Assembly: GCA_001643675.2 (NCBI GenBank)
Contig: LSRY02000007.1
Location: 1,116,001-1,180,000, forward strand
Origin: Monocercomonoides exilis PA203
Taxonomy: Eukaryota; Protista; Preaxostyla
DNA: 64,000 bases
Reading direction: 5' to 3'
Every line of letters starts with the position of its first letter. The stretch's first letter is position 1. This document shows positions 38,431 to 52,830 of this stretch, piece after piece. The position numbers and the translations under genes are program-made. The notes beneath the pieces were generated by a model that saw only the letters and a program-made list of their open reading frames with translations, searched no databases and was not told the DNA's origin.

Positions 38431-40131
38431 TCAGATATATTCAACAAAGCGCTCCCTTCCTTTCCCAATGACAGAAATCTTCTTTTCACCAATATCAATT
38501 GTTGTTGCCTCACTTTTGTGATCCCCTTCCAGCAGCGTGATTGCCAAGCTAATTTGTATCTCACACATCTCAAACGCCTTCTTCACCGTTTTGCACGGAT
38601 TCGTTTCATTTGCTCCACAGAGCTCATATGAATCATTCCCACTCACTGAGACGTATATCGTCTTGTCCTTCAGCCAATCTTTCTTTTCTGTGTGCTGAAA
38701 TGTCCAGCTGCTCCCAGTATAATTGTAGGCATAGCACATTCTCTTCTCATCTGTGTTTGTGGTGTAACATTCTTTGAACGGATTCCCTGACTCTAAATAA
38801 AGACTGTAATGATCTGCATATGCAATGTCATGCCCGTATGGTGGATTGGCCGAACATTTGCATTCGTGAAAAAATAAGAAGAAACAATAAATAATATCAT
38901 TTTGCGATGTTTGTCTATAAGGATATAATCGCAACCCTCCACCATATGACGATGCTGAACATGAAATAAACTGAATGCTCCTCATTTTGAATGCTGTAGG
39001 AATATTGTAACAATACATGCCTCCACCATATGAATTTGTAAGAGAGCATGAAGTGAAACAGCAGTCAAACACGCACGCACTCTCCCCACCTTCATTTTCT
39101 TCTCCAATGCATCCTGCTCCTGAAACCTGAAAATTGCCGAGATAAAGTCCTCCTCCAGTGCTATATGCTTTACAATTCTGGAATTCACATCCGCTGATCC
39201 GAACACATGTTGAAATCGTATAAACGAATGCCCCTCCTCCCAAATAATTTTGTGCAGTACACGAATCGAAGGTGTTGTTCACAATCTCAACCGATTTAAT
39301 ATTATAGCAACTAATACCTCCACCGCACCAATGCGCAACGCACCCACAAAACACGCAATGCGAAACAGACACAGAGGCAGACGATTGGCCATACATGCAA
39401 ATTGCTCCACCATTCGAAGAGCCATCGGCGTATGAATCAACTTCTCCATTTTCCTTCGATCCATTCCATTCACACCAAATGAACTCATTCGCTCCATTGA
39501 ATGTTTCGTTCTGTCTGTCTGGCTTCAATGGAACCTCCGAAGTTCCTTCACAAAAAACATTCCTTGTCCTACAACACCCAATGAATGAAATGTTTGAGGC
39601 TATCAAGGAAGCCAAGGGGTTGTTGAGCGAAGGAACAATTCCGCCATCATATGCATCACACACTGATGAAAATGAGCAGCTGCTCATCAGACATGATGTT
39701 TGGGTTGTTGTAGTTGTTGAAGACGAACATGCATCATTTGCTGTTGAGATGTTGAAAAATGATAATTTGAAGAGGGATACAAAAGGGATGGAAGGCGATG
39801 AGAGGAACGGGGCAGAAGATGAGATGAGAGATTAGCAAACTGAAACGCTTCCTTCTCTTTTGATTTTTTTGATTATATACCTTTTTTGCCTCTTGGCGCC
39901 TTCCGCAAATAATTTTCAAAAGTCAGATCCTTTTTCTATCTCTTCTGTTGAAGACAATTGGCTCCCATTAAAAGCAGAAAAGCATCTTTTTTCTTCAATG
40001 CTTCTGAATGGAAACAACATTCCAACATTCTTCATCATTTGTTTTTTCCAAAATCGCTTATTCAATTGTAACCATCCTCTGCCTTCTTTCCATATTCCAT
40101 TCACATTCATCGCTTTTGAATATTCATGCAA
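38431..40131 (-). pseudogene. Truncated paralog of the giant surface-protein family (N-terminal beta-helix-like region)
   Basis: 418-aa ORF with FIWCEW, repeated GGA/GGG + FxxC motifs and VSVSGND..CG..PCKTV; frameshifted at both ends, no TM or kinase. Confidence 0.75.
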
Positions 40132-41929
40132 AAGTCCCTATTATCAATTAAAAAATAAAGAAAAAATATAAACAAATACATAAAATTGATATTAAAAATA
40201 TCACAAATCAGTACCATTTTCTTTTCTCAATATTCTGATTCACCAATCCCTTCTTCTTCTTCTCAAATTTTTGTCAGATTTCTTCTTCAGCCATTTCCTC
40301 AATTTTCCGATTTTTCTTTTCTGTTGCTTCCCCTTTTTCTTTTTCAAATCGCTGTACAAATCTTCAAAGCCCTCCTCTTCCATTCATTTCATTTAATACC
40401 TCTGGCTCATTCTTCTATATTCTCAAAAAATTGTTATTGCCTGATTTCTGAAAAGCATCCAATTTGCTCTTTTTCCCATGTTCATTCATTGCCTGAAAAC
40501 ATCCTTTCATAAATCTTAATCCCGAAAAAAAAATAAAAAAAAATTGTTTGAAAAATTGGAGGAAAAAAAATAATACAAAACACACAGAAAATAATTTTAT
40601 TGCCAATCTTCACACCCTTTCTTCTTCTTCTTGAGCCTCTCAAAATACTGTTCTTTTCTGCTAACAAAACTCGCCTTCTTTGTTTCCGCTGCCTGTATCA
40701 TTGCCAATGGAATTGATTCTGTTCTGCTTCCATAAACTTGCTTATTTCCAATTCATGGCACTATTTCCACTCGAATAACACACAAATAATTAAAATCCTT
40801 CAATAAAATTTTAATGAAGAGGAAGGTGAAGAAGAATGAGAAGAAAAGGAAGAATATGATAATGGCCAAGAAGGAAAATATATATATATATATATATATA
40901 ATTTCGTTTGCTGAAATAGCGCATATGAAAACAATGACGGCGAAGAAGAAGATGATGAAAAAGAAGACGAAGATCTTATAGAAATCTTAAATGTCGGATA
41001 TATTCTAACAGAAGATATTCTGAGCATCATAACCTCGTTCTCTTCTTCAGTTGCAAATCCTTCGATGGCACAATGCCAAAGGCGATAGCAAAATGACTCA
41101 AAGTCCATTTTGCCGGTAATTTTCCTCCAGCTGCCTGTATCACACAGAACTGCCTGATTTTCTCGCATTTTTGGCTCTCAAGCAAAACAATCAAGTGCCA
41201 TTCTACCACTCTCCTCGGTACATAAAAGCAATGTCTTTCCATTCCCTCCCCAAGAAAGTCGCCTTGTTCTGTTCCAACTGCGTCCAATCTCCTTTTTTTG
41301 TTATTTGTTCCAATCTTTCCAACAAACTTAAAAATGAAAATGTCCTCTTCGTCTTCTTCAAAAAGGTTCCCTATTCGGGCAAATCTATCATTATTCCTTT
41401 TGGCCTTGGACATCTTTCGACCCCGTTGATTTCTGCTCCATCAGAATTCATTTTTCATCGCATTTCTATCCATCGCGCATGTTGAGTCCATAATAAGTCA
41501 CATAAATATTTGTATAAAAAAATATATTCAGGCTCTAACATATTTGTTAGATAGCATTTTGCTCGCTTCTCCGCTGTTCTCCTCTGCTTAGAATAAATTG
41601 ATTTTAAATATAAATCGTCTGAATCACAACTTTGGAGAAAATACAGATAATAATGTCTTTGCAATCAATAGAACAATAAAAAATACACACACAAAAATTT
41701 TCACATTTTCACCGAAAATGTTGTGGCTCCACAGCATTCCATCAATCAAAATGAACAATTTCATCTTCCATCAATAAAAAAAGAGTTGTTATTGTTGTTG
41801 CTTTTTCATCACTAGAAATATTTCATTTAACCCAGCTGCATTTTTGGTCACATGTAATTTTCATTCTGTAGATATTTCTTGAGCATTTGACATTGCTTGA
41901 TCATTTTCCATAACGAATAAGAGCCACAA

Positions 41930-42900
41930 AAGAAAAGGAGCACAACTCGATGTGTCGTGGCCGAATGGGCATATGAAGACAATGTGATTGCAACAGGATA
42001 GATTTATGGTGTGGAGTGACGGAGTTGAGTTTTTGGAGGAGGCTGGGCTTTGAGAGGGGATATGAACGATAAAAGGAAGATTTTTTGTGGAAAAGAGGTG
42101 TTTTTGTGAGATTTAAGAGGCAAAATGGATGTTTGGGAGATAGATTGGGATGAGGTTTGGAGGGGTTGTTTTTTCGATTTTTGTGAGTTGGAATGTGCAG
42201 AGGTCGTGTTTATTGCTGGAGAAAAGGATTTTGCTGTTGAGGAGGTGGGGTGAGGAGGAACGGAGAGGAGGAAGATGAGTGGAATATATTTACTGGAGGG
42301 GAAGATGAGAGATAGAGAGATGTGTGGAGGAGATTTTTTTTTCAAATGCAGGGAGAGAGAGGGGGTTCATATGAGATGGTGTAAGAGGGAGAGTATTTGT
42401 GGGCTTATGTTCGATAAGAAAGAGAAGTGGATTGAAGGGAAAAAAAGTGAGAGAGATTTTATTATCTTTTGTTATTTTTTATTGAAAGGACAATTTGTCC
42501 GCGCCAGGCATTTGTAGGGCAAGGGATGGAGGTGGAGGCGGAGGAAGACGGGAAGAAGGAACATCATCGCTGGCGCTTTGCATTGGAGGTGTGGAGACAG
42601 AGGAAGATGAGGGGCTTACTTCGAGAGGGTGTTTTGCACCAAAGAGAGGCAAAATAATGGAGATATTTAATTTTCAACATGAAGAAGGATGATGGAGAAT
42701 GAAGTGGAAAAGATTTTGCCATCGTTTGTGGAAGAGATGGAGGATATGTGGTGGAGTGGTATTGTTGTTGTTTTGGGGGGAAATGGAGAGAAGAAGAAGG
42801 AAACACAGCGAAAAGGGATGGGAAGAGGTTATTCAGATGGAATCTTCTTCATAGCTTGCTTTTTTATGGAATGGAATTTGTGGAGGTTATTTGGGTGGAA
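41930..42900 (-). pseudogene. Degenerate purine-skewed block resembling the 5' part of giant-family genes
   Basis: Same strong G/A skew on + as 16980-17650; S/P/H/F-rich broken frames on the minus strand. Confidence 0.35.
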
Positions 42901-43179
42901 GCAGAACAGATAATTGATCTTTTGTTAATATTTTAAAAAGATGAAAAAAGAAAAAAGTCTGTGAAAGGTGGCTATTGTGAAAGATATCGGTTTGCATTTT
43001 TTAATTAATATTTTTTATCAAATGTTTTGATTTTTTATTATGAAATTATGTTTTTTTGCAGGATTGCTCAATGACAATGAATGAACAAGGAATATGGTTT
43101 GAGGGGATATTGGATGCATTAAAAGAAATCAGGACATAATAATTGGTTGGGAGTAAAGAAGAATGAGCAAAATGAAATA

Positions 43180-46100
43180 TTAACGAAATGAAAAGAGAAG
43201 AAGATATTTTTTTTTTTTGAATTTTTTATTATTGAAGGCATCCTGGACAAATGTTGTTAAATGAAAAAAGAGAGAGTGTTGAAATTGACGATGCAGCACC
43301 AGAAATGGAAGAGGCAAAAGAAGAAGAAGAAGAGAATGAAAAAGAAGCAAAAGCAGAGGCAAAAGCAGAATTAAAAGCAGAAATTTTCTTTGAAGTGAGC
43401 GTTTATCTGCCCGCTGTTTTGGAACATATTTTTCGAAATATCTGTTATGAACATAATACTCAATATGCTTATTTTGAATTGAAGATTGAAGATTTGATAG
43501 TTCTGAAGCAAAAGGAAACAACGTTTTGTGAATACTTGTTGAAGATGAACTGAATTGAACTGAAAAGAAATCAATCAAATCTTGAAGTGATTGAATTGCT
43601 TTCGATGGAAGATTATTGTTGACCGCGTTCACCAGGGTTCCAAACTCCGAATGACAATAATTTTTACCGTGATGCTCCCCAAAAAAGCTGAGTTCGCATA
43701 TTTTGTTACGAAAAAGTGGAGTTGAATGAGAAAGAATGAAATGCAAAACTAAACGATTGCGATTATGAGCTCCTGAATCGCAGAAGAATTTGAATGTTTG
43801 AATGCGTTTGAAAAGCGGTCTTTTCAAAACAGATTGAAGACATTCAATAACGAACTGATGATCGTTTGACAGAGAATCAGAAAAGAAATTGAATGTGTTT
43901 TTTTGGAATTTGTTATCCTGAAGATGAAATGTAATGATAGTAAATTGAGATATTTATGTGTTGTTGTAGAATTCTTTCTGGAGTTGAACATTGCAAAGAG
44001 GAAGTTTCCACTTTTCCTTAAAATCGAAAAGGCAAACAAGTTCTTTTTCAGAAAGCGAAGATACAGTTTTATTAAAATGAATGTACTGCCATTCGGATGT
44101 TTTCTTGTGAATGTTCAATGCAGCAAGTTGCTCCATATTATTTTTTGAAAGATTTGCATTAGGTGGAAACGATTTTCGTTTGTTTTCCAAATAATTCAGT
44201 CTTTGGCAAAGGTCGCACACATCTGTTCGTTTTTTTGGTTTTGAAAATTGTGTAGTGAGTCTGTAAAAGTATGAAAGCGACACGTTAATGTGTGTTTCTT
44301 TAGTAAAATCCTCCCATAATTTGGTTTTCGGTTTCGAAATTAGTCTCTTTTCGAAAGGAGAAAATACTCTAACTTTTTGTTTGCTTCTTGTGAAATGATC
44401 ATGGAGTGAAATACATTTGGGAAGCAAATTGAAAGTGGAGTTGGCAATTGTTTGTTTGTTAGTGGAATAAGTTGAATACGAATTGTTTGGTGAATAAGAA
44501 GAAATAGCTTGAATTGATTGAGATTTGGGTAACATTCCTCCCCTTCTCTGTTCATGTCCGTGCACATCACTGTATTTTATCGCATAGAAGGATAAAGATG
44601 ATCTGTAACCTTTTTGAAAAAGAGAACATAATGTGCCGTTGAGATTTCTTTCATTTATTGATTGAGTGTATGAATCATTACACAAAAACCACAAACTTTC
44701 ATTCGATCTGCATCCTTTCACAATCGAAATGAAATGACCATGAAATTCATCTATCCTTTTGAATAGAACTTGTCCCACGAGTTGATACGAAAAACATTCA
44801 TGTGAGTCTTCAAATGACTGTTGAAATTCTGAAGTTGTACTTGAAACTGTTACCTTTTAGTGAATTTCACTTGATGCAAACGAAATATTCAAAGGTGGTG
44901 GCGAAAAGAATGGATTTTTTGTTTCATGAGACATTGCTAAAACGTTTGGAAATGAAGTGATTCTGATGTAACGAGAAGCTATATTCATTTCGTGACATGC
45001 TTTGCATTTGTCTTTGTTTGATGATGATAATTTTTCAGAAATAAACGAACTATTTATTCCATCTATGACATTAGAGCTGCTGATAATAATGCTATTCATA
45101 TTTGAATCAATTCTCTCAGAAATACTGCTGCAGAATTCACATTGGGAATACCTTATTATTGCAGGTGAAACATCTTTGTTTGTTATTTGATTGTCACTTT
45201 TGAATAAATTCATCAGTTGTTCATAGCCCACTGTGACATTCTGCTGTTCCCTTTTACCAAGATCAAGAAAACTATCCCATGAATCGATGAGTTCATTATT
45301 CCAAGTAACAATTGGTTTCTTATCATTGGCCAATTCATTACATACGTTGTTCAAATGATTTGATAATTTGTTGTCACCATCGTTTCGAATAGATATAGTC
45401 TTTTGTTGCATTTACACAGATGTCCGACGTTGAAAGATTGAGTACAAATAGCACGTGTTTCCCATGTTCTGTAAACCATTCCTTGTGAATTGCCTCAATT
45501 GAATATTATTGCTTGTGAGATCGTGAATCTTGGATGGTCCTTCAATTTGTTCAGAAATGTTAACAGAAATCGGAGGAATCAAAGAAGGAGATGGAAAATC
45601 ACGAATAATATTTTGAAAGTATTGCTTTATTTAATTGTAATTATTGTTCTTTTTTTGTTTATTTGATTCCTGTGATCCTTTATTTCCTTTTTTGAAATCC
45701 GATTCTTTTTTTGAGTTCTGTTCACCTCATCATAGGCAGCATTGGGGAACGTATGAAATTTTGTTGTGAGATCACTTTGAAGATGGAGATTGTTTTTTTG
45801 CGATTCATTTGTATTATTTCTCTGAACAGAAATAATATCGTTCCAAGGAGATTCATCAACAAACTTTTCATAATCTTTAGGGACTTTTTTGATTTGCTTT
45901 GTCCTAGAAGAAGTTGAAATTTCTGTTGAGTGATTAATCATCCAGCTATTTCCTTTATTCCACTCTTCTTCATTTAGACCTTTTTAATCAATAAATAAAC
46001 AAACAAACAAAAAAATAAAATAAAATAAAAAGTGGAGATGTTAATACAAATAATTTAAACATTAATTTATTTTATAAAAAAAACCTGATTTGCATTTTGG

Positions 46101-46578
46101 AACGACTGGTTGCTTTGGTGGAACTATTTTGAAACTGTTTCGTTCAAATGTTTGCTTTGCATGATTGACTTTCCCCTGAGTTACGTTATATCCATATGAC
46201 ATCATTTGGCTGATGGACATCACTTGGGATAAAGCTTGAAGCATTGTGGTTTGCGAATGAGTCGGAGAAATGTTATATGCAATTGACAGATTCTTTAGCA
46301 AAAAATAATAATCAGCTACAAAATTGAAATAAAAAGAATTGTTTCAAGAATAATCTGAATCAAAAAGAAGTAAATGAGCAAAACACACAATTTAATTTCT
46401 TCTTCAGTTTCTTCATTGTTGAAGAAGCTTTTTCATATCGACAGAACAAATAATAAAGCAAGTCTAACTTTGAATCTCCTCCAATTCTCAAAACTTCATT
46501 CCACAACGTCTCTGCTCTGGAATGAAGAGTTGATGTTGGAAGTTTTGAAAATCTTGATTTCGAAAATTCTTTTGACAT
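43180..46578 (-). mobile_element. Decayed Sola-like DDE DNA transposon gene containing a USP (peptidase C19) domain
   Basis: One frame from ~45630 to ~43450 broken only by TAA at 45412, 44857 and 43954. Transposase motifs KRL, SYFYRL, KRTDVCDLC, FDFKE, FCDSGAHNRN, FFGEHHGKNYC; upstream pieces 46360-46578, 46062-46301, 45627-45941. Confidence 0.7.
44670..45485 (-). other. Ubiquitin-specific protease domain within the transposase frame
   Basis: Cys box GLQNMGNTCYLYSIFQ, EQQN, CEFC/CKAC zinc-ribbon pairs, FPNVL, YQLVG...HGHFISIVK...WFLCNDS His box. Confidence 0.8.
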
Positions 46579-49449
46579 TAACGACTACAACTGCTCAGTT
46601 GTCAATTAAGGGATATGATCTAAACAACCAAAAACCGAAAATATTGCCAACAGATTTATAAAAGTCATAAATAATATTCAATTAATGAGGAGAGATTGCT
46701 TATTTTTGTAGGAACAAAAACGATAAAGAATCATTTTTACTGGGAGACTGAAGGTATTTTCCTTTTTAACATTTTACGTTATAGAATCTTCTCGAAAGAA
46801 TTCCAGAAAGAAAAATGTTTGTTTTTTTATTTTTTTATTTTTTCAATAAACAAAAACAGTTCTAATAACATCTATATTCAACAACTTTTCATTTAAAAAA
46901 TATGTGACCTCATTCAACATCAACTCCGAGTTTCCACATAATAAAACATTAACATTGCTGTTTTCCTTATCAGAAGATTCTCTTCTTTGGCTGTTGCGTT
47001 TTATTCACATGAAAAAATGTTGATAACATTTGACTTATCCAAAATCAGATTTTCATTATCTGATTTTCATTTCATTATGTATTCATGTCATTGTTGAGGA
47101 TTTTCTTTTTTTGCTATCATTCCGTGGCACTCGCTCACATCAATGTGATTTTAATAATGAATGTTGAAAACAATATTTGTTTCATAAGTTTAAAAGATAA
47201 CTATTTAATATATTCGTAATCTGAAATAGCTTTTTTTCAAAATTTCTGATATGCTGTTTAAAAAACATTTAATGTTTGCAACTTGAAAAACGTGAGGACA
47301 AAAAGAATCTTCATAATTTGAATTATTATGAAATTCAATCAAAAAACCAATGAGAAATGAAATTGAAGCTTCAACAAAAAATTATTATAACTCATTCAGT
47401 TCATGTCTCTTTCTTTTTTGTCAAATCATCAGTTGAAAATTATCAATTCGAGATATTTCTTCTCCATATTAAAAAAGGAAATTCGACATCATTCCCAATG
47501 TTGTTAGCAACATGTTTGTTGGAAAAATATAAATGTTTTATGTTTTGTCGATTTTTTTGATCTAAATGAAGAAGCAGTTAATATTCTAGTGATGAATCTT
47601 TTATCAAATATGATTTCCCTCTCAAAAATCATTTTTATCTCTAGAACAACTACGCTTTCTTTATGTTTGTTGTAAATTTTATTTTGTGCATTCAAATAAC
47701 TATTTATTGACAACCTCCTTTTCATTCTTTCTCATTAAAAATAAGGTCAAAAAACGAAATATTAACCAGAATATGATGGAAATACAAGATTATATGCTTT
47801 AAGAGATTGGAACTTTTGATGTTAATCAGTGGATGCATCTTGAATATAATTATATTCAGTTGAAAACAAAAAGCTATATCTTTGAAGAGTTCTGTGAAAA
47901 GCAGCTTGGATGGATGAACATCTCACTATGCAACTTCTGCAGTTTCTTCTCTCACATTGCGAACAACAAACACTGGTGTGAAAAGTTGCGCATAGGGCTG
48001 CTGAACTGAATGGAATTGAAACTTCGTGGAACTTTTCATAACAACGGTGAGAATCTTGTTCAGAAAAAACATTTGGAGCTGAAGAAGAGGTCCTCAGAGG
48101 TGTGAGCGGATCATTAAGTGAGAAGGCGAATGGTTACTGCAAGTATTGCAATGCCAATAGTGGAAAAAGGACTGGAGGCAGCTGAGCATTGAATAGAAGA
48201 TGTGGCTCTGTCACCAGCATCGACAGCGCTGTTTGTGCTCGAGGAGCAAGAAGAGAGAGAAGAATTCAAAAAGGAGTCAAAGAGGAAATATGCAAACAAG
48301 AAGTACTTGGAAGACCATGTTCTGCATAAATGAGATCGCTTTATTCTGTTGTTGATGAAGAGTGTACTGCTATTTCTTCCTCGCCTTCTTCTTATTCTTC
48401 AAAAATTAAATCTGAATCAAGTGCAGGGAAGAAGAACTGAAATCCTCTCTCTTTTTCTAATCCATAAATTGTGCACACTCTGTTTAAAATATGATAAGTT
48501 GAATTTGAGAGAAATTCTTTTCCTTTTTTCTGACTGTCAACATTCAGTGTTTCATCTTTACTGAATGAAATGTTTTTTCTGTTTAAAGGATATTCCTCGA
48601 TCTGCTCACTGTTGCTTGCATGTTCTCATTTCACGATTGCTGTGTTTCATCATTTAATCTTCATCCCTCTTATCGATGCATTTGAAACAGTTGTGAATTT
48701 GATTTGTACAATTATGTTGAAAGAATCAACAGCAAAGCCCGTCCATTAGCATATTTCTCTGCATTTCGCATTTGCCGGATCCAATTCACAGTCAGCTATA
48801 AAACGTTTTAGAACTCACGATTCCATTCAGCAATCTTTCCTTATTAATTAACAAATAACGCTGCCTGCAAATTTCAACGAAGTGAAATTCGAATATTTGA
48901 CATTCTACAAAAATGCACAATTGATTTTTGACTTTTATTATCTACGGATGATTATTATGAATGTTTGTGTAAACTTCAAGAAAATAATATTGTATTGATA
49001 TGTTTTCTATAATTTCAATTTCAATAAACATTATTGTCAGCTATCTTCAAACAAAAGAATAGTTTCCACGAGTTATTGCTGGACTTCGTGCTCCAAATGG
49101 TTCGCCATTTATGGATAACCATCTTCAAAACTGGTTTTATGGAATTTGAAATCGATTGATATTCATTGATTGATCCTAAGATATTTGTTATTCCAAAAAA
49201 AAATTGATTCAACAAATGAAATGTTTTTTTATTATTAAATAAAAAAAGAAAAGAAATCAGAAATTTCATTCAAATTCTTTTCTTATTTTTTCAAAGTGAG
49301 TATAATAAATTGAACAAAGCTATTTTATGAACTTTCTGGGTTTTTAATTTGTTTTAAATAATAGTGTTTACAAACCTTTTCAAGGAATTGATAAAAACAC
49401 ATATTTCATTCTTTAACTGGCACATTTTCTTTAACAAGAACACACACTT

Positions 49450-50330
49450 ATTTAAGCTCCAACTCACTTCCTATCTCACAAGCTCCATCCACACGAATGC
49501 GCAGATCATGGCTCGCTACCAGATACCTCATTCCATATTCAATCGAATAGCACAGATCTTTTACTGTCCCGCATTTCTTGATATCCTTCCCTCCTTTCCC
49601 TTCAATCGATGAAACAACAATCGTATCTGATTAGAAAATCAAAATGAAATCCATCAGATCCACTGCTTCTGAACTTTCTGAGTCAACCCCAAATATCGCG
49701 TTGTATCGCACAAATTCGCTCCCACTCAAGTCTAGCTTGAACAGCGTCTCATTGATCTGTCTCGAGATATTCCAGCACTCAATGAAGATGTCTCTCCCTT
49801 CCTTTCCGCTCTTCGAGTCAAACTCGTCCCTCTCAAACAGCATTCCTTGCTCCCCTGAATACTTCAACGCCAGATACAATCCCCCTCCCTTCCCCATCGT
49901 CACAGAGCATCCACACTGAATAACTTTCGAATTCACCACTTGGATCATGCTTTCCTTGCTCAGGTCAGCAAACACCGCTCCCCTTTTCGCTGAAGAGCCT
50001 GCTGCACACACTTCAAGCGCGCTGTTGATAATCTCTGCATCAGTCGTCAGCGTTGTTGGAACTGTTAGCGCACTCGCTCTCCAAGCCAGAATCATCATTT
50101 GTTGAATTGCAGAACCCCTCAATATCAGATATCTTTCTTGATTTCTTAAGCTCTGCAGGGCTTTTTCCATAACAATTACTGACCCATTTCCCATCATGCT
50201 GCTGAACACGCTCACGTAAGTAATTATGCACTGGCTGCTTCTCGACACATCCATCACATTGCTTTTCATCCTGTTCACCTCAATAAAAAGCTCTTTCGCA
50301 TTCAAACTCCCAGACTTCATGAAATAATAG
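49450..50330 (-). pseudogene. Internal fragment of the giant surface-protein family
   Basis: KGGGLYLA...GRDIFIEC..ISRQINE...DLMDF..*SDTIVVSS..CG aligns with ~12650-13200 (-); TAA at 49631. Confidence 0.8.
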
Positions 50331-51139
50331 TGAAATCTTTGAACAATATGATAGCGAAGCTTCAATCGAAAGAAGAAAACAAAGTATTATTAAAACTGAT
50401 CTCTTGCCACTTTTGAAAAGCAGAACTCCTTGATTCATTTGAATTTCTTAAAAATTATCATGAATAAAGAAACGGAAATAATTGTTGAAAACATATAATT
50501 TCAAACAAATTTTATTTTCTCGAATCAAATTTCAATTGATGTTATTCTGAGTTCAGAGTCATTTGTTTGCGTGAATACAACCCAACGAGTACAAGGATCC
50601 AAATGTTATTAATTTGAGAATTAATTTCTTCAAATCTTTATGACTCAAAGCGGAAACAAAAAATGCTCACATTCGACAGAAATTTGAAAGTCGACATCAA
50701 AAATTGTCAAAGAAACATAATATTGAAAAATATCAGAAAAAATAATATTCATACAAACCTAGGAATTGTTTCAAATGCTATTATTCTTTGCTTTCTGAAC
50801 AGATTTTCTTTGTTGAACCAACTTTGAAAAATATTTCTGTAAAATAAATTTCATCTCCTTTCTGTTTAAAGAAGATAGATAAGTTAACATTCTTGTAAAG
50901 CAAATTCTCTTTTTAACACTTCTGAAAGAGCAATGAATCATCTTCAAAAAACATTATTCATGAAAAATGGTTTTTCTCCAAAATTGATTGTGTTGTATCT
51001 ATTCTGAATGTGATATATTCAAGATAGACAATAATATCCAGATAAAACACATTGATTTGAGCAACATGGAAAAAATTGATAGAAAAAATTATTATCATGG
51101 ATCATGTGGATTTATGATCCCAAAAAGAATCACCCATCT

Positions 51140-51677
51140 TATTTTTGTAATTTTTTTATCTTCATATCTTTCAATTCCTCCACATATCCGTATCTATTTT
51201 TTACTTCTTCCTCTCTTCCACTTTCTTCTTCTCCAAATACATTCGTCAATTTCAACTGTTTTTCCAACATAACCTATCATGACAGGGTTTCTATTAATGA
51301 TATTCATGCACTCAACACGTAAAACACTACTCCAATATCCCACAATTTTTGGATCTTCATCTATTATAGAGCTTATCTAAGTTTGCATTAGCCCTTGCCG
51401 TAGTAATAAAACGATAAATAAGAATTTGTCAACACCTGTTTTGTTATTTTCCAATCTTGTACTATAAAAACTGTCCGTTTTTTGTTGAATTTGTTGCACA
51501 TCCAATATTTCTAAGTTCCTTTTTCATTTAATAAAGCCAAACTCTTATGTGAATAACACACTCAGGATGTTTGCCTTGCATTACAAATCGATTAAACCAC
51601 TGCCAAGCCTTTTTTTCATCAGTGAATGTTTTCAAAAGTTCAAAATAATGTTCCTTTTCATCTTCTGGATACCCCAT
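51140..51677 (-). mobile_element. IS1595/ISXO2 (Merlin) transposase, decayed N-terminal fragment
   Basis: GKTVEIDECIWRRRKWKRGR..*IRICGGIER; N-terminus TFTDEKKAW similar to TFNDKEKAW in 58270..58740. Confidence 0.7.
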
Positions 51678-51936
51678 TTTCACTGAAATTTTATTTGATC
51701 AAACACATAAAACGTCAGTTTCACTCAAAATTGTGTTTTTTCTAAAAAATATACCAGTCATATTCTCGCATTTTCAATTATATAAAGATTGATAAAATAC
51801 ACTAATAAGTATGAAGCAATAGAATAATTAAAGTTTTGAGTTCTTCGATGAAATACCATTATGTCATTTTTCCTTTTATTTCTTCGTTCATTGTCATCTT
51901 CGAAATCATCATCTTTTAAAATTTGGGATTTTCTTT

Positions 51937-52830
51937 TCAGTCTTTTTTTGGCTTCTCTTCATAAAACAAATCTTTTTCGATTGTTTCTTTAATAGAATCA
52001 TCTCTTTTCTTCTCATCTTTCATCTTTTTATATTCTTTCCATTCATTCAAAAATAATTGGTCTGAAATATTTATACAATGGAAATTGAAACGATGGGATT
52101 TTTTTTTCTGTTGAACTGAAGGAGTGTCAGGAAACTTAGCAGAAACAGAGTTTGACTGCACAGACAGCACGCCACTTTTTTCAAATGCCGAGGAAATTGT
52201 TGGAGGAAGCAATGCAGTTTGCAAAGCCTGTGGTAAGGCATTTGCAACTGCTTTTCGTCTGAGTGCGATCAAAGAAGAAGACAGAACAACCTAGTTTGAA
52301 ATGAAACATCTTTGAAACACAGCAAAAACTCCGCAGTCAAGTTGCTGTGTGAGATGAGTGCTGTGTGGAATAAATGTAACTACGTCAATTGATGTATCTG
52401 ATATTTTTTGCCATAGATGTGGCTGTGCTCTAGAAGGATGAGAATCCAAGAGAAGCAAGCATCTATTTTCGTTCATATCAAGCAATTTTCTTCTTTGGAC
52501 AATTCCAGGTAGCTGTATCTTTTCAGCATTACTAGTTAACAATACATCAGTCATTTATGCATCATTGTCTTCCCAGGCGTGAATCTGCGGGCTAAGCAAG
52601 ACCTTCATTTCTTGTGGTAGTTTTTTGATGGCCAAAGAATAAGGCTTGGCAAATAATAACCATCAGTAGCAACTGCAACCACAAGGGTGGAGTTTGGCAT
52701 GTTGATTGGTGTTTTGGAAAACCCGACTGGAACATCTGAAGGATGAACAGCTAGTTGCTTTGTGGAGTCGGAGAGACGTAAAGAGGATTCTTCGGTGTTG
52801 AAGATGAGAGAAGGAGAGTATTAGTGAAAG
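51937..52830 (-). pseudogene. Decayed pogo-like DDE_1 transposase
   Basis: IFNTEESSL, TLVVAVATDG, LLLLDSHPSR, PHSTHLTQQLDCGVF motifs; stops and frameshifts. Confidence 0.8.

Noticed and set aside
40186-41664. Short minus-strand ORFs with coding-like composition
   Set aside because: Too fragmented to assign; no recognisable motif
47830-48340. GC-richer coding-like island
   Set aside because: All frames interrupted; no family recognised
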